From Balanoglossus misakiensis (Eukaryota; Animalia; Hemichordata), in the NCBI GenBank assembly GCA_040954595.2, contig CM082576.2:2702760-2766759 (forward strand): DNA of 64,000 bases, given 5' to 3'. The stretch's first letter is position 1. The number at the start of each line of letters is the position of its first letter. Shown here one piece after another: positions 1 through 13,455 of the stretch. The position numbers and the translations under genes are program-made. The notes below the pieces were generated by a model. That model was not told where the DNA came from. It was given only the letters and a program-made list of their open reading frames with translations, and did not search any database.

Positions 1-226
1 TATTGTGCAAGTTTTGGATCAGACCGAAGATGTTGATCAGCCCGAGTCCTATGAACACCGATATCCAGGCGCTGACCTCGGGCAGTGACGGTAAAACATA
101 TATGCCCAACAGGGTCCATACTCCTCGCCAGTATCCCAGCACACTTGGTAAAATGATGCACAGCGTTATCACAAGTTCAAGGCTGTGGAAGAGCAGCAAC
201 TTCAATGTACTGGGGAGTTTCAGCAT
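1..226 (-). CDS. Fuseless-family multipass membrane protein, paralog 2; 5' portion only, continues beyond the left edge
   Basis: Manual translation from the ATG at 226-224 (context AAAATG, in-frame TGA upstream at 244-242) gives MLKLPSTLKLLLFHSLELVITLCIILPSVLGYWRGVWTLLGIYVLPSLPEVSAWISVFIGLGLINIFGLIQNLHN. It has the YWRGVW motif followed by S-x-W-x-S, matching repeat 1 of the neighbouring fuseless protein (FFWRGAW...ASGWLS). It is missing from the ORF track because there is no stop inside the window. Confidence 0.85.
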   Translation of the reverse strand, partial: MLKLPSTLKLLLFHSLELVITLCIILPSVLGYWRGVWTLLGIYVLPSLPEVSAWISVFIGLGLINIFGLIQNLHN

Positions 227-2299
227 TTTGGCAGCCAGTACTCATGACATCACGTATAGATTTGTACTAAGTTCGTTCAGGTGTACATGTATATATACAA
301 ACGGCGATGGGTCAGGGGTTAAGGACACATTAATGCGGGCCTTCGGTTTAGAAATGCCCAATAAGGGACTTTACCATTGTTCCATTGTGCGGCCTTCGTC
401 GTGTTTTCCCCTACACTGCCACGTCATGTGACCGAATCGTAACTTCTATGAGTCATAGTGCGAATAAAACGAGTCTAGTTACATATTATTCATGTTATTT
501 GCAGCTCTTCAGTTGGGTTGTCAAGCTGCCAGTGGTTCTGAATATGAAACTCCAACATTTATTTCGCGCTGGCTCGATCTCAGCATGATATCAGTTATCC
601 GTCTGTCTAGTCTTTCCCCTGACTCTTCTCGGAATTTTTGGCCGAGCCAAGAAAAAACCCTGACCACTGTTCAATGAATGACGAAACCACTGGCGCAATT
701 GACGTCAGATCACACTTCAGATCCTAAGATCGAAATCTCGTTATAAATGACTTTCTTGTTTCATGATTGTGTAGGGGACGGGAGGGCCGAATGACCCAAC
801 CGTCGCCAACTTCGAAACAGTCATTTATTGGTCACCTTTATCTGCTGATATATGGCGCAACTCGGTGGCTTCTATGATCTCATTTCGAAACTTTGAGCGC
901 ATGATTGTTGCGTGGCGTGAGCAAATATGATATTCTAGATATATTATTTGTTTTACAGTCTTTTTATGTTTATTTGGTTGAACGTCAGATTTTGAAGGCG
1001 TTTGTGGGAATACAGATTACAAAGGTAAATCTGCCGGAATTTAAGACTTATCGACCTTGCATCAAATAGTCACGAGGGTGGGGGTGGTATGATGTGGGTG
1101 TATATATTTCATTGTTCATAGATAAAGGCAAATTTAGACTATATGGAAACAGGTCAAATTCTAAAATTTAATCAAGAATTTGGGTTTGTATGCGAAATGG
1201 TCCCTTTCCCGAGAAATCTCGGTCTCCTTTTACCCATCTAAAGTGGTGAGCGAATTTTGAGAGCTAAACGAAATTGTGTCATCCGTTAATTACGGTATTT
1301 TGGAGAGATGTAGGTTAACAAAACGTATGCGATAAGTTCGGGTGCCACAGAACAGACAGTCAAACAATTAATTCTCTAAACCCAAATTGATTGAAGTGAT
1401 TTTTATAACATTTTCACACGACGGTACTTGCTTTTCGTACACAAACTGTTATGTTGTTGCCAAGATGGAGTGCGCAATGCCTCCGAGGCAGTCCGAGTCA
1501 AGTCTGACCACCAAAAGTGGCACCATGTTCGCATCATGCGGTAGTCAAATGAGAGGAAAAGACTGATCAGATTTTTACCGAATAGTGTTTGTAAAATACC
1601 CTCTAACACGTCGTCATCGATCAAGGTTTAGTTTTTTATTCCAAAATCCACTGAGGTCGACAGGCAGTCTTTTTTGTTCGTTCGATTTATTGTTCAGTGT
1701 TTTTCTGTGCAATGTGCGTCATTGGTCCGGTCACGTTCCGCTCACTCTTTCTGGTGTTTCAAAGGACATCCATAGACTGTACGAATTAAGACACGTATAC
1801 GTGAACAATTGAACATATCAGGGCAAGGATTTGTATGAAAACGATTTATAACGCGATATAGCAAATTATTTCTTTCAATAATCACACGACCAAGTCCACG
1901 ATAGCGCATACTGCATCGCTAGCACATATCGATCCTGTTTTATGGCCCTCATCTATAGGCAGCGATGGAGGCAGCAGCAACAGCCGGGGTTATGCAATCG
2001 CATTATTATTTTGCAGGGTACCCGTGCGTTCAATGTGGCTTGCATCCACGGTCTCGGTATTATCACCTAAACTCGTATGAATAGATACTAGAAATTAAAA
2101 CCCTTCGCTATTACATCATGTCATTTATAGATGTAAAGAACTGCTGACATAGAATTGCCACTTTATTCAGCTTGTGCAATGCCATCATTAACACCCCACC
2201 CCCATCAAACATCGAAATTCGTTAATGGTGGGAAATATGATCTCCTCAAAGAAACGTGGATGGCTATTTGTAAAAAAATGACAAAAACAACACAATTAC

Positions 2300-2372
2300 T
2301 GGTAGTATTATCTGGATTTGAACTGTCGACCTTTGGCACACATTCGCAGCAAACAACACTATTAAACCAAGG
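2300..2372 (-). mobile_element. Possible degenerate tRNA-derived SINE head
   Basis: The minus strand has an A-box-like TGGTTTAATAG (2369-2359) and a B-box GTTCAAATCC (2323-2314), about 35 nt apart. No cloverleaf forms. Confidence 0.3.
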
Positions 2373-5300
2373 AAAAACAGCTATTCAAATAACGTGGTAT
2401 GACGTCACAGCTAGTCCCCAAGTCAAAAGAAGTACAGTATCACGTCAATAATTAGAACCCAGGTGTCGGGGGGAATCATGCAGGGGTTCAACAAGCCATC
2501 GATGTCCAGTCGCACGGGTCGGCTCAACCAGTCTCAGAGAGCAACTGAGCCTGTGAAACGGTGCAAGCGGTACTCCGTTTGTAAAAGCTTTCGAAACCGA
2601 TACATACATAGCTTCGTTTTTTTCGGTCCTAATATTCAAAATTCTCCATCAGCGTGAAATTAAAATCACATCTGATGTTATATCGAAACGTCTGGCATGT
2701 CACGGACTCTCACCTCCGCAGATAGAAATACAAAGTTAAGGAAAATGCACAGCGCTACCACACGGCAAGCAGAGTTACACAGATACAGACCCAATCTTCA
2801 ACTTGAACACACTGTGACTTGAAGAACCGACTTTGGTTCGCGTCTTTATCAACAGCTGTGGCTCCAATGGAAACCTAAAATCTCTGCTTGCAGGTTTGAC
2901 GTCGCGAAATCCAGCATTTATCACAAACGCCCCCAGCGTTTTTCTGCATTTCTTTATTCGTTTGTGAGCTCCATCACGGAGAATTTCGTTCCGAAAGAAA
3001 CGCGTTTGAATGGGGAAATGGTTTTAACACAGAGCCTTCTGCAGTGAATTTTGTAAGGGAATGAGAATGCAAGGAAAACTCATGTCGAGTTCATTATATG
3101 AAAGATCTATTTTTTTTAAAAAAAATAGCTCCGATTCCGTGACGCTACAGCATAAAGAGGCACGTTTTGCCACAAAATTTTGATGATGACACAATTGCGT
3201 GGGTTGTAGTCATCACGAACTAATACTTTTATTTTTTTTATATTTAATTCTTAATATGATATTTCTTACCAAACATTACCGCCTTATAGCTTACCACAGA
3301 AAAATGATGGATCATAGCAGGGTGACGAGAAAACTTTTCCTTGGAATTTAAGAAATATCGTATTTATCGCGGCCTTAAAATATTTTATCAGTTCTGACAC
3401 AGCATTCGAAATATTTCCTACAATTATATTCTTTTTCTAAGACTTCCCTTTGAATATCTTTTGATGTTTTGAAGTGTATGACGTCACGCACGGTATTTTT
3501 TGTAACTGGTAAATAAGTTGGTAAAAGAGTCACGCACGGTAGCCCTGCATTCGAACTGTACGAGAGTCATTCACAAATCAGGAGAATACGTTCTCGTTTT
3601 CGTTGAAGAATAGAAGCTGAAGTAAACCACACACATTTCCTGTAACCGGCGAGGGAAGGATCTCTCTCGTATCCAGTAGACGTGTAAATCTAATTCCCTT
3701 TGACTTCTTGATCAGAATTTACATTTCTGCGGTATAAGTTGTCTGTTTTTGTCTGATAAACTACAGACAGTAGAAAGAGACTCCTTCTACCGTCAATGGT
3801 TAAAGGACATATGTTCGTGATGTCTCTCGGTAGACTTCCGTAGAGGTTATTTCAACCTCACAGTGATGCATACTGCAACTAGCAAATGATAATTACTGCA
3901 CGTACGTTGTAAATCTGATTTCGTTGTTTTCACCAAGAATTGACGTCCTTTTAGCTGAAATGGCTCTAGGGAAACGTCATTTTTCTGCGAACGATTTGAT
4001 TGTCACGTATTTGCACGTAATCGTGGGACCGGGCAAATATCAGTGCGTTGTAGGAAAATGCCACCAAGTGAGGTAAAATGGAATCTGTCCAACGGCAGTT
4101 GCAGTTGAAACTTGCATTGGCCAGCACAAGTAAACTTGTACGTGCGTCTCCGTGAAAACTCGACCATCCCGTGTATTTCTTGTGCAATAACGAGAACATG
4201 GCCACTGTATGTTTACCCGATAACTTCTATGGAAGTGAATACTATTTTAGTGGGTGGCACACGCGAAAACACGAGCGCCACCAGATGTTCTTTAAAGCAA
4301 TACTATGGTGATCATCCCACAGAACGCAAAAATATCCAAATACCAGTACCTCGCAAATTATATCGGCAATAATTATCATCATTTGCCTGGCTAAATATGT
4401 ACCGTTCCTCCTTGCTATTTTTCTGACGTCGAAAGGATTACAGTTTTGAACAAAATGAAGATTCCCATTATTATGCCCCAGTCTGTTGTTGCACGTCTTA
4501 ACCATTAATATAACACGTCAATGACGGGAAGACGACGATCGAAAACTTCTCCATGGCGACACGATAATAGCTTCTGCATGGATGTTGAACGACACTGACG
4601 TCGGCACTTGAAAGGAAGAAAAATTACCACTGTGAAATTTCATATCACGGACCAATCGATACAAATAATAGTCATTTTGGTAAATCTATACTTTGCTACA
4701 GAGGACGCCACTAATGAGTATATATTTTTTTTCTAAAGAGCTTCGTACTCCACGATTTTCTCCAAATAATCAGCGAAAACCTATTTTTTCATAATCGCCC
4801 ATAATTTCGCCCACTGGTAATCATCGCCCAGTAATCCGAGTGATTTGCAATTAACCAATAAAACGACCGTGAAATGTTTAAAAAATAAAGCCGGTTTTGT
4901 TCCTTTTTGAACACATTCGTCTGTTAAAGCTCCTCAGGTGTGCGTGCGGTGGTGACGGAAAAGAACAATCTGTTGAAACCGCAAAATGCCGGGAAACGTC
5001 CTCGTCACGCACTCTAATCTCCGAGTATCATACAGCAAGCTGTGGGATTTCTTCGCAAGGATTTTGGGTGTAAGCTGGATATCGATTCCACAATTTGTTA
5101 AATGCTGTCATTGAACTTAAACTCATGTTGCAGTGGTACGTTTCGCATACATGTATTATCATGTCTAATATCGATGTAGAAAACATCAGGCAAAACGAGA
5201 TCCCCCGAGATGACTTCCTCAGAGACTCCTGTCACTGTTGAAACTTCAGTCAATCCAAAACCAGAAAACATCGAAGCTCTGTAATTCTGTCAATTAGATT

Positions 5301-8300
5301 AGAACGCCGAAGAAGAGACTTTTATTAAGTGTTGACCGCCGACGTTAATCACTGGATGTAACGTCACGTCACATCTCGTCAGCTGGCGTGTTTCAAGTGT
5401 TTGACGAGCATGACCTAATACTATTTCTAGAAACAATACTGACAGACTAAAATTAGGAATATCAACAAATGTAACATCAGTTCATGTTTGTTTTTCAGTG
5501 TGAATTTATCCTGGTGTTTAAGTTCCCATTCAGGGCTTGGAAAAACAAACAGCTGTTTGTACAAGGCAAACGAATTCTGTTTTTATCGCATTCACATTTT
5601 TCTCGCAACTCCGTTTTAACAAAACCTTCCTTTAAAGTGATAATGTTAACTTTCATTTCAATAATAGAGAAATGACATTTCAATTGTTGGTAATTGTTCA
5701 GCTCTCCAAACCAACATTAATTGACGGGCCATTTTGATTTCGACCGGCATTTAGGACCGAATGGTATAATAGATTACTTTAAAATAGGACTGTAACTATG
5801 AATAACTCTGACAATAGAAATGGCCTGGGGACTTGAAAACTAATGCCACCTTATTCTATCTGAACTTTATTATTATATCGAATGGGGATAATTGTCAAGA
5901 TTCCATTACTCTCTGTTGCCATGGCAGTGGCTATGCTCCTCTGAGTCTTATGATTGCAGTACAGACTCAGAATTTTCCCCAGCAACGGTGACATGAACTT
6001 GTGAATTTAGTCTTGCATATTTCCATCCATATGTTACATTGTTGGTGACAGTGCTGTAGATATCATTCCGCCTAGACTGTGTAAACCTTCCACGTAAACT
6101 GGCTGTACTACCTGGCGTGGAAAAAACACGAACTACAAATATTACGATCTCAGGGAATGTACATATTTGGTTTGTTGTTCAAGTCTATCGCTGCTTTCCC
6201 GGCCGTGATGATGCGTTTGACATCAATTCAGGATCAGGTGTCCATAGTAACAGCAATTTCCAATCATCCATTAAAGAAATGGTCGCACTATAAAAAGACA
6301 AGGTTGCAGTGTATTCATTTTAGTTGAGTTTAGTTGTGTTGCAATTAGAAGAGTATCTGTAGGGACATACCATTTTAATTTAAAGGGGTGTGAAAATTTA
6401 CCTACCGAATAATGAAATTCACAGCTATTAGTCTTTTGAAGATTGCACCAAGAATTATGCTCTTAAAGTTGCTTTTGCAGAGTACAATATCATCACTGCA
6501 TCCTGTTAACCATAGACCCTGGAGAAATAGAAAATGACGCTTCTTGAATTAAAACGTTGTAAACAATTTTCTCCCCTAAAAATGGTTTAAACCAAAATTT
6601 CTATTTTTAACGCCATCAAATTTCTAATTAAAACTCGTGACATTAAAAGATTCTGTTCAATGTAATGGGTTTATCCATTTTCACGGACAAAGGCAACAAT
6701 GTTTGCAAATTTAAACAAGAATCAAGAATCGAGTTATTAGAGTAAAAAACACGGCCGCGTGCAATTATTCCAAATATTCGAGTCACAAACCTTCAATGTA
6801 ATACTGATATCAAATTTTACTGGTCAAAGATCATTTATGATAGGAATTTCACATATTTTCTCCTAACTATTCACACTTCAAACCCAATATTTATGGCTAA
6901 AGAGAGTGAAGTATTAATCTACCTGCCAATGAGTCTATCCTGCCAGTGACAAACGATCAGGCCGAAATCAACAGGTGGTCCGACTTACAACATGCTAATG
7001 TCTCTACAACCACATACACTCGAATCGTCACGCGTTGTGAAGATTGGCGCATCCAGACACCATGCCAAAATTGACGGAGCAAAAATAGCTTCATATTATG
7101 TACAGCTCGAAAACCTCCAGGAAATCAGAAAGTCAAGGGGAGAGAACTGAAAAGTCCCATTGTGTGGCAACTGAAAATAATGAAGATTTGTTTTCCTTTC
7201 CAGGTACGTGTTGAATATATCGTGGTAAAACGCCTCCGCTGAAGCCGTTCGGACACATAAATGGCAACGTTTATCGTAATTCTAGATTAGAGCGTTGGAT
7301 ATGTTGAAGCTTGTATACCCATCACGAAGCACCAAACAACATTAATCTAATCATCGGTTTTCTTTTAAATTCCTGCAGTGACGGAATTCATCACGATGTT
7401 GATGTGAGCTGAGATTGTAACTAGTGATTACAGACGTTTATGCACCGCCGTTATCGCGTGCAAACGTATGCCTATTTACATCAATAAGGTGAGATAAAAG
7501 GACTTTCATTTCGTCAGAGATGTGGAACAAAGCACACAAACGCATAAAAATGCCACTTGTGGGGCACACGACTCGCTGTCTTTATTAGATATTGCGCGAA
7601 AATGACTGCAACACAGGATATTGGAAGGCTGGTTGGAGATCGACAGCGCGTTGAGCGATATGAAGTCTTTGTGCCACAAAACAAACTGTAAAAGTATATT
7701 GCGTTGACACGAACAATATGGCGCCTTTGGCGGTGACTCAGTCCATACGCTTGGCGAGCCTGCCCTTCAGTTTTTCAGAGAAAAGTTCAAAGACCCGCGG
7801 GCTGCGTCTTTTCACATTATTTTCATGTACATGGATTTAGTTTCAAACTAAAATTATGCCGTGTTATTGCGCTCGGAGATGTCTTCTTATTTACACTTGT
7901 AAGAAAACTGTGTCAAAATAGTGCCACCGCTGTAAAAATCCATACAGACATCATGAATATTATAATATTCGTGCTCAGTGAAAGTAATGCCAAATTAATG
8001 TAATAAACCAGTGTTCGAATTTAACTTTTGTAAGTTTAGCGAGGAAATAATTATTTGGTTTATTTTTTACCGGGGTCCAATGCAAAGTCGATGACAGTAT
8101 TCCTGTCGATAATTTGTTGAGCAGAAGTACAGCGCAGGAAACTGCCAAAATGATCCTAATCTGTGTGTTTTTTCTTCACCTTTCCGGGGCACGCATAAAA
8201 AGACGTAAAGATCTCCGTTTAGAGATTCGAAAGGGAGGTGAACGTAATCACAGACAGTCGCTTTTACCGTCTAATGGCGTAACTGGATAATCATTTGCGG

Positions 8301-11300
8301 TCGAGTGATTACTAGACATCATTGCACACTCACACAAAAATAAAACATCGAAAATCGATCAGTTGCCTCTAAAAACCTGGCGTTAAGTGCCGTGGGCAAA
8401 ACCCGTTCCCGACGCGCCCTGTTCAAGGTTTATGACTTGGCACCTGGTGACCTTTGACATTGGACCCCAATTTCCATCCTTGCAACCTCGCTATCATAAA
8501 ATTGCTGATCAGATATTTTCTTGTGAAGTGACCTTGATTCTTGCAACATCTGGCAGTCGGTATGCCTTTACACTTTGAGAGTAATCTTCTAAAATGTTAT
8601 CTCAAGTGAAATTGGTTTGGCGTGGTTTTTCTAGACGTTTTCTTCTCTGCGATAAAACTAAAATAAGGGTGATTGGGCGCTGAAACTGTTTGTAAAGAAA
8701 ACATGTCATTAACACAGGTGAACCCACAAACCATTTTATTCGAAATAAACTACAAGCCCGGGGTTTCCTCCATCGTGTATTGAAACTTTGACAGAGTACA
8801 TCTCATGTGAACATGATGATAACAGTTTTAACACATAAGTGAACGTGCATTGAAATCTGCTTTTCAAAATCCTGGTACATGGTATGTCGGTAAACACACT
8901 CCGCTGACACCCAAAATCAAGGCCTGTTATTTTCATCCAGTCCATCAAACTGATACTCTCGCTTAATTGCCAGATCTCGGATCTGCGCACGCATCCATAA
9001 TGAGTGTGGCGAAGCAGTGAGAAAAGCGTCAGAAATCGTAGGTTGTATGTATGCTTCGCCGATTGCGTTATTAAAGCCCAGGTTCGAGGTCTGGCCAGCA
9101 GACCAACCAATCAAATCAATACACAGAGGCATCTTCCACACAAATGTAGCCATGACGACATCTGCCATCTTGCCAGTTAGGAATACAAATTGAAAGTACT
9201 GGTATTCGATTTTTTTTACAGCGTACGCGGTAGAATCTGCAGTTTCATCATAAGAAGCAGGTTTGTCTTCTGTGCAGCATTGTTTTCAGCTGACCTTGCT
9301 GTGAAGTACTTGAAACTCCGATTCAAACCTATTTTTCGATTAAAAACGTGCAGCTCATCTCATTCACTCAAGGTTTACCTTTATGATACATCACTAATAC
9401 CCTTCAATGCGGCACTGCAAGTTGTTACCGCTTCTGCAACCCATCTTTTCCCCCATTCAATTCACGACGGCACGACCCACCTTGCCAATTCACTTGATAT
9501 ACGTTTCCCTCATTCACTTAATCCCAGAATATCACCGTCATTCAGTAATACGGAAAGGCTTGTTCAACATTATTACTTTTCAGATCTGATGATAAAAGAA
9601 ATCTTGGGAATTCTTGGCTGTCGTCGACAAAAGACTTTAAGCCGCATAAAGCCTTATTGTTCACAGTGGACTTTTGAGATTGAGATTATCCCTTGCCCAC
9701 CTGTGTGTGATTAAAAAATGTCCGATGAAAGTCTCGTGTTATTGAAAGACACCAATGTTCCATGCAGGTTATATAAAATGATAAGGCCTGCTAATGAGGC
9801 AACTTTTCCCCGAGGTGACATTGGTACATTTAATCAGTAGAAAATACCAGAACTCTGATTTATTTAGCATTTTTCTGAAAACACAAACCAAACACGCATA
9901 TCGCACTCGTCTGGCGGGAAGCTTTGACAAGATAACACTGCAAAATCACCATGGCAACGCCGCCAGGACTGGTTGAATTTGCTCCTGGGGGTGTGTTCGC
10001 TAACTGCAAGTGTGATGGAGCAAATAAAATCTACTCGGAAACTGAAAGAGCTGGTGACATGTGCAGGTCCCACATAAGTTTTACCATTATCAACGATCCC
10101 CACTGACTCTCGTTTCTTGAGGGTCAATGATCTAGTCGACTGCACATCAGCAGGTTAAATCACAGACCCTCCGAGTTCCTCGAGGGTCTATGGTTTAAAT
10201 ACAAATGACATTTTAGTGTCAACTGGCATCCACCTTGTGATCATATGCAGCACATTCTAATAATACCCGCATTATCCCCGCATTTTTCTCTTCAACCAAG
10301 AAGTCGCGAAGTTCAATATTCCTTAGCTATAATAGTAATCGTGAACGAAATTATATAAAAATCTCACATTGTTTGGGAAGATGAAGGGATGGGCGGAGTT
10401 GAGGGGAAAAGTAAAGGAGTTCACATTCATCTTTGGACAAGAGCATTCATTGCGTTGATTTAAAATACTAATCTGCGATGAAGTCGGAGGGTCTGCACGC
10501 CATCCATTTTAATAATCCGAGGATTTTGGCCTTTGGCGGGAAAATCAATCACATTTTGTCGGTTCTATTTTCATTTAGTGACCACAGGTGACTTTCGGCA
10601 CGGATGAAGATTTCGGGGTTATGGCAATTAAAAGCAAAGATCAGTGTGTATAAACCAGATATTCTGGATGCGGATCTGTGCCTAAGTACGATTGGGTTTG
10701 TCTGGATGTGTCACCAATGAATGGTGATGTGATTCGTTTTAGGATTTGCGGGAGGCTGTTTGATGAGCTTGCCGTGACTCAGTTGTCAAGTCTATTGCAG
10801 AAAAACTTGAAATGATCAGCATAATGACACTTGCCCGACAGTGGCCTTTCATCAATTGTAACCGAATCAAACAAACCATTAACAGACAGCTTGTCTGGTC
10901 GAAAAGGCAGAATCTAACAACAGAATGTGAATTCGCGCGGACTGCCTTTTTGTAAAAATGTTGTGCATTTAATCATATTCCATGCATGCCTCAGCGGTAA
11001 AAGATGATTAGTGCTTCACCGTGGGTTGCTCAATGCCGTTGAAAAGTCTCCCTTTCGATTTTCCTGGCACAAGATGAATTCAACGTTGGCGACTGAATCA
11101 TCGCCTCCTTCTGGCAACTGCGTATACTTGCGTTAAAACCGAAAAAAGCGCGTTGCATCGTGGAGCGGAAATCATGTATTGCACGTGCCTCGGGTTGTTT
11201 TTGCAGCCACATTTGCCGACAAAGCAGTCAAGACCTTAGATTTCCGTACTTGGAGGAAATGTAGTCATATTAAAGTTAATGTGTTGAGATTAAAGTAGAA

Positions 11301-13245
11301 ATGAAGGTCAATGTTATGGTCATGAGTATTTATCTGTTTGAGGCTGATGCGAAGTTTAAAGCCGCTTACGCAGTAAGGTAGAACTGAGGTTAATATGCGT
11401 TGATTTCCTCTCTCGCTCCAATTACCTACATCATTTGGTTTGACAAAAATTGCGAAAATTACCGCTTTCCATTCCCAATTCGATCGTATCTTCTTCTGAT
11501 AATTATGTATTCTGCCCTCACAAATTATCACAATACTGAGAGCTTCTGAAGTTGAACCACTCGGATAGCATGTCCGTATTTCAAAGAAAACTCGCAGAAA
11601 AAAAGATTGAGCGGATTCCAAAGAAATCGATTGACTGGTTTCGACAGAGAAGATTTTTAAAAAGCAATAGTGAAGTATTTTGCAAGAGAACTCCATCATT
11701 AAATCAATATCTTTATTGATTCAGACACAATGACTGTTCTACATGTGTAGTTCGCAAGGCTTTTTGAAAACATCTCTGTGTTCAGATTGATCACGACTTG
11801 CAGACAGAATTGACACGTCAGGTGCGCACGCGCACATACACAAACAATACGTTTGTATTATCATTATCAAAGATATTACTCACGCCTAGTCTAGGTGTCG
11901 TGAAAAAAAAAACAAATATGGTAGACAAAATTGACAGCTTTTTGCTCGTCTAACGAAATTTTGAATGCCCAGTGTTATCATCTTTTTACATTCTTTTTCA
12001 TGTTTTTACGAAGTTTTAAACTAAAGTTTCTACATTATTGTAATCCCCATTACCTGTATGTCCACCTGTTACACAGAACACAACAGATTCACACAGATTT
12101 GTACAATACTTTTTTTTAATTATCATTGATAAAAAGTGAACTTAGAAATGGAAATGACACACTCTTGCAGTTCTATATGTAAAAACTGTCTCCACTGTAC
12201 CTCCAATAGATCAAAAGTGCAATGGTGAAAATTTCTGTAATGTTGAAAAAGTTCTGTATTAAAGATAGCATGATACCAATTTTTATAAACTACCAAATGA
12301 TTATTTTACATAGCATTTCATAGGAATTGATTAAATAACTATACTTCCCACTGAAAAATGCATTCGTTCTGGGGGCAATATTCTACTTGTATTCAGAAAG
12401 TACCCAGCTCAAATAGACATTATATTTTATGGTATGAAGGATAGAATAAGTCTTGGTTCAATTATTTAGAAACAAGTGAAAAAATCCCTATGTACACAGT
12501 ATAAAGATAATGCCCATTAAACTTCTATAAAATGGTGGGTTTGGATAGAATATAAACTGTTTTATTTGGTATTGCTTTTTTGAGAGATCTTTTCTATCTC
12601 AAAGTTGTCAGCATTCATGACATAGTCGTGCGTTCTTTACACTGGAAGATAGTTATGATCTCCTTGTATTGCCAAATGGATATGCGTGTGTACCGGTACA
12701 TGTGCATGTTTGTCTGGGAACATACAATTGTTTAATAACATAAACTACATTACGTGCTACGAGAAGTATAAATTCAAAGTTTTGAAATCCATGATTAAAT
12801 CCTTCTGTGACATGCGTCGCTCCACAGTACTTACCTAACGAAATACTGAATAAATATAAAATGACTTCACAAATATGCTTTGATAAAGCTGACCTTAATG
12901 ATACACCCATTAAACCATCTACATGTATACCATTTGTATGGACCAAATGTTCTGTTGCCTCTGGCTGGTATTTTTAACTAAAGAATTAATATATTCAGGG
13001 AATGCTGGTATGGCATGTACGGTCACACAGTCCGCAAAAGACTTTCCATACGGTAATTATTCCCAATATACAGGGCAGTTCTGAGTATATTCAAAGACAT
13101 GCCACTGAATCCACTCTCATGACTCAGCGGTCTAAATACACTACAAGTCAAGTAGCCGGTACAATCCTTTTGACAAAGACAATTATTGTTTTTCTTTATC
13201 AGTAATTATAGGCACTCTGGGTATATTGATTAGATTACTTTTGAG

Positions 13246-13455
13246 CTAAAAGTACCAGACTTTGAAATGTGAAAGCCACCAGGGGCTGGCGTATCGGTTG
13301 GCCGATCTACGACCACCTCGTATTTCTACTTCTGCCGTCTCTACTTCATCAAGCAGGTCTTCTTCTCTGTCATCTGATAGATGGTCTTGGGAGTTCATGT
13401 CCAGCGCCGCACCATTTGGACTTTCCTCGTACGGACTCCTGATTGTTTTGTCAGC
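13246..13455 (-). CDS. Fuseless-family gene, terminal coding exon (acidic tail)
   Basis: Acceptor ttttcgttttctcctag, then 69 open codons in phase 0 to a TAG, followed by AT-rich 3' UTR-like sequence. Confidence 0.75.
   Translation of the reverse strand, partial: ADKTIRSPYEESPNGAALDMNSQDHLSDDREEDLLDEVETAEVEIRGGRRSANRYASPWWLSHFKVWYF

Noticed and set aside
3-431. 142-aa plus-strand ORF
   Set aside because: It is the antisense shadow of the fuseless paralog on the minus strand.
9190-9714. 174-aa ORF and the other 60-145-aa ORFs in 400-12000
   Set aside because: They have non-ATG or poor starts, random composition, no recognisable domains and no consistent splice framework.
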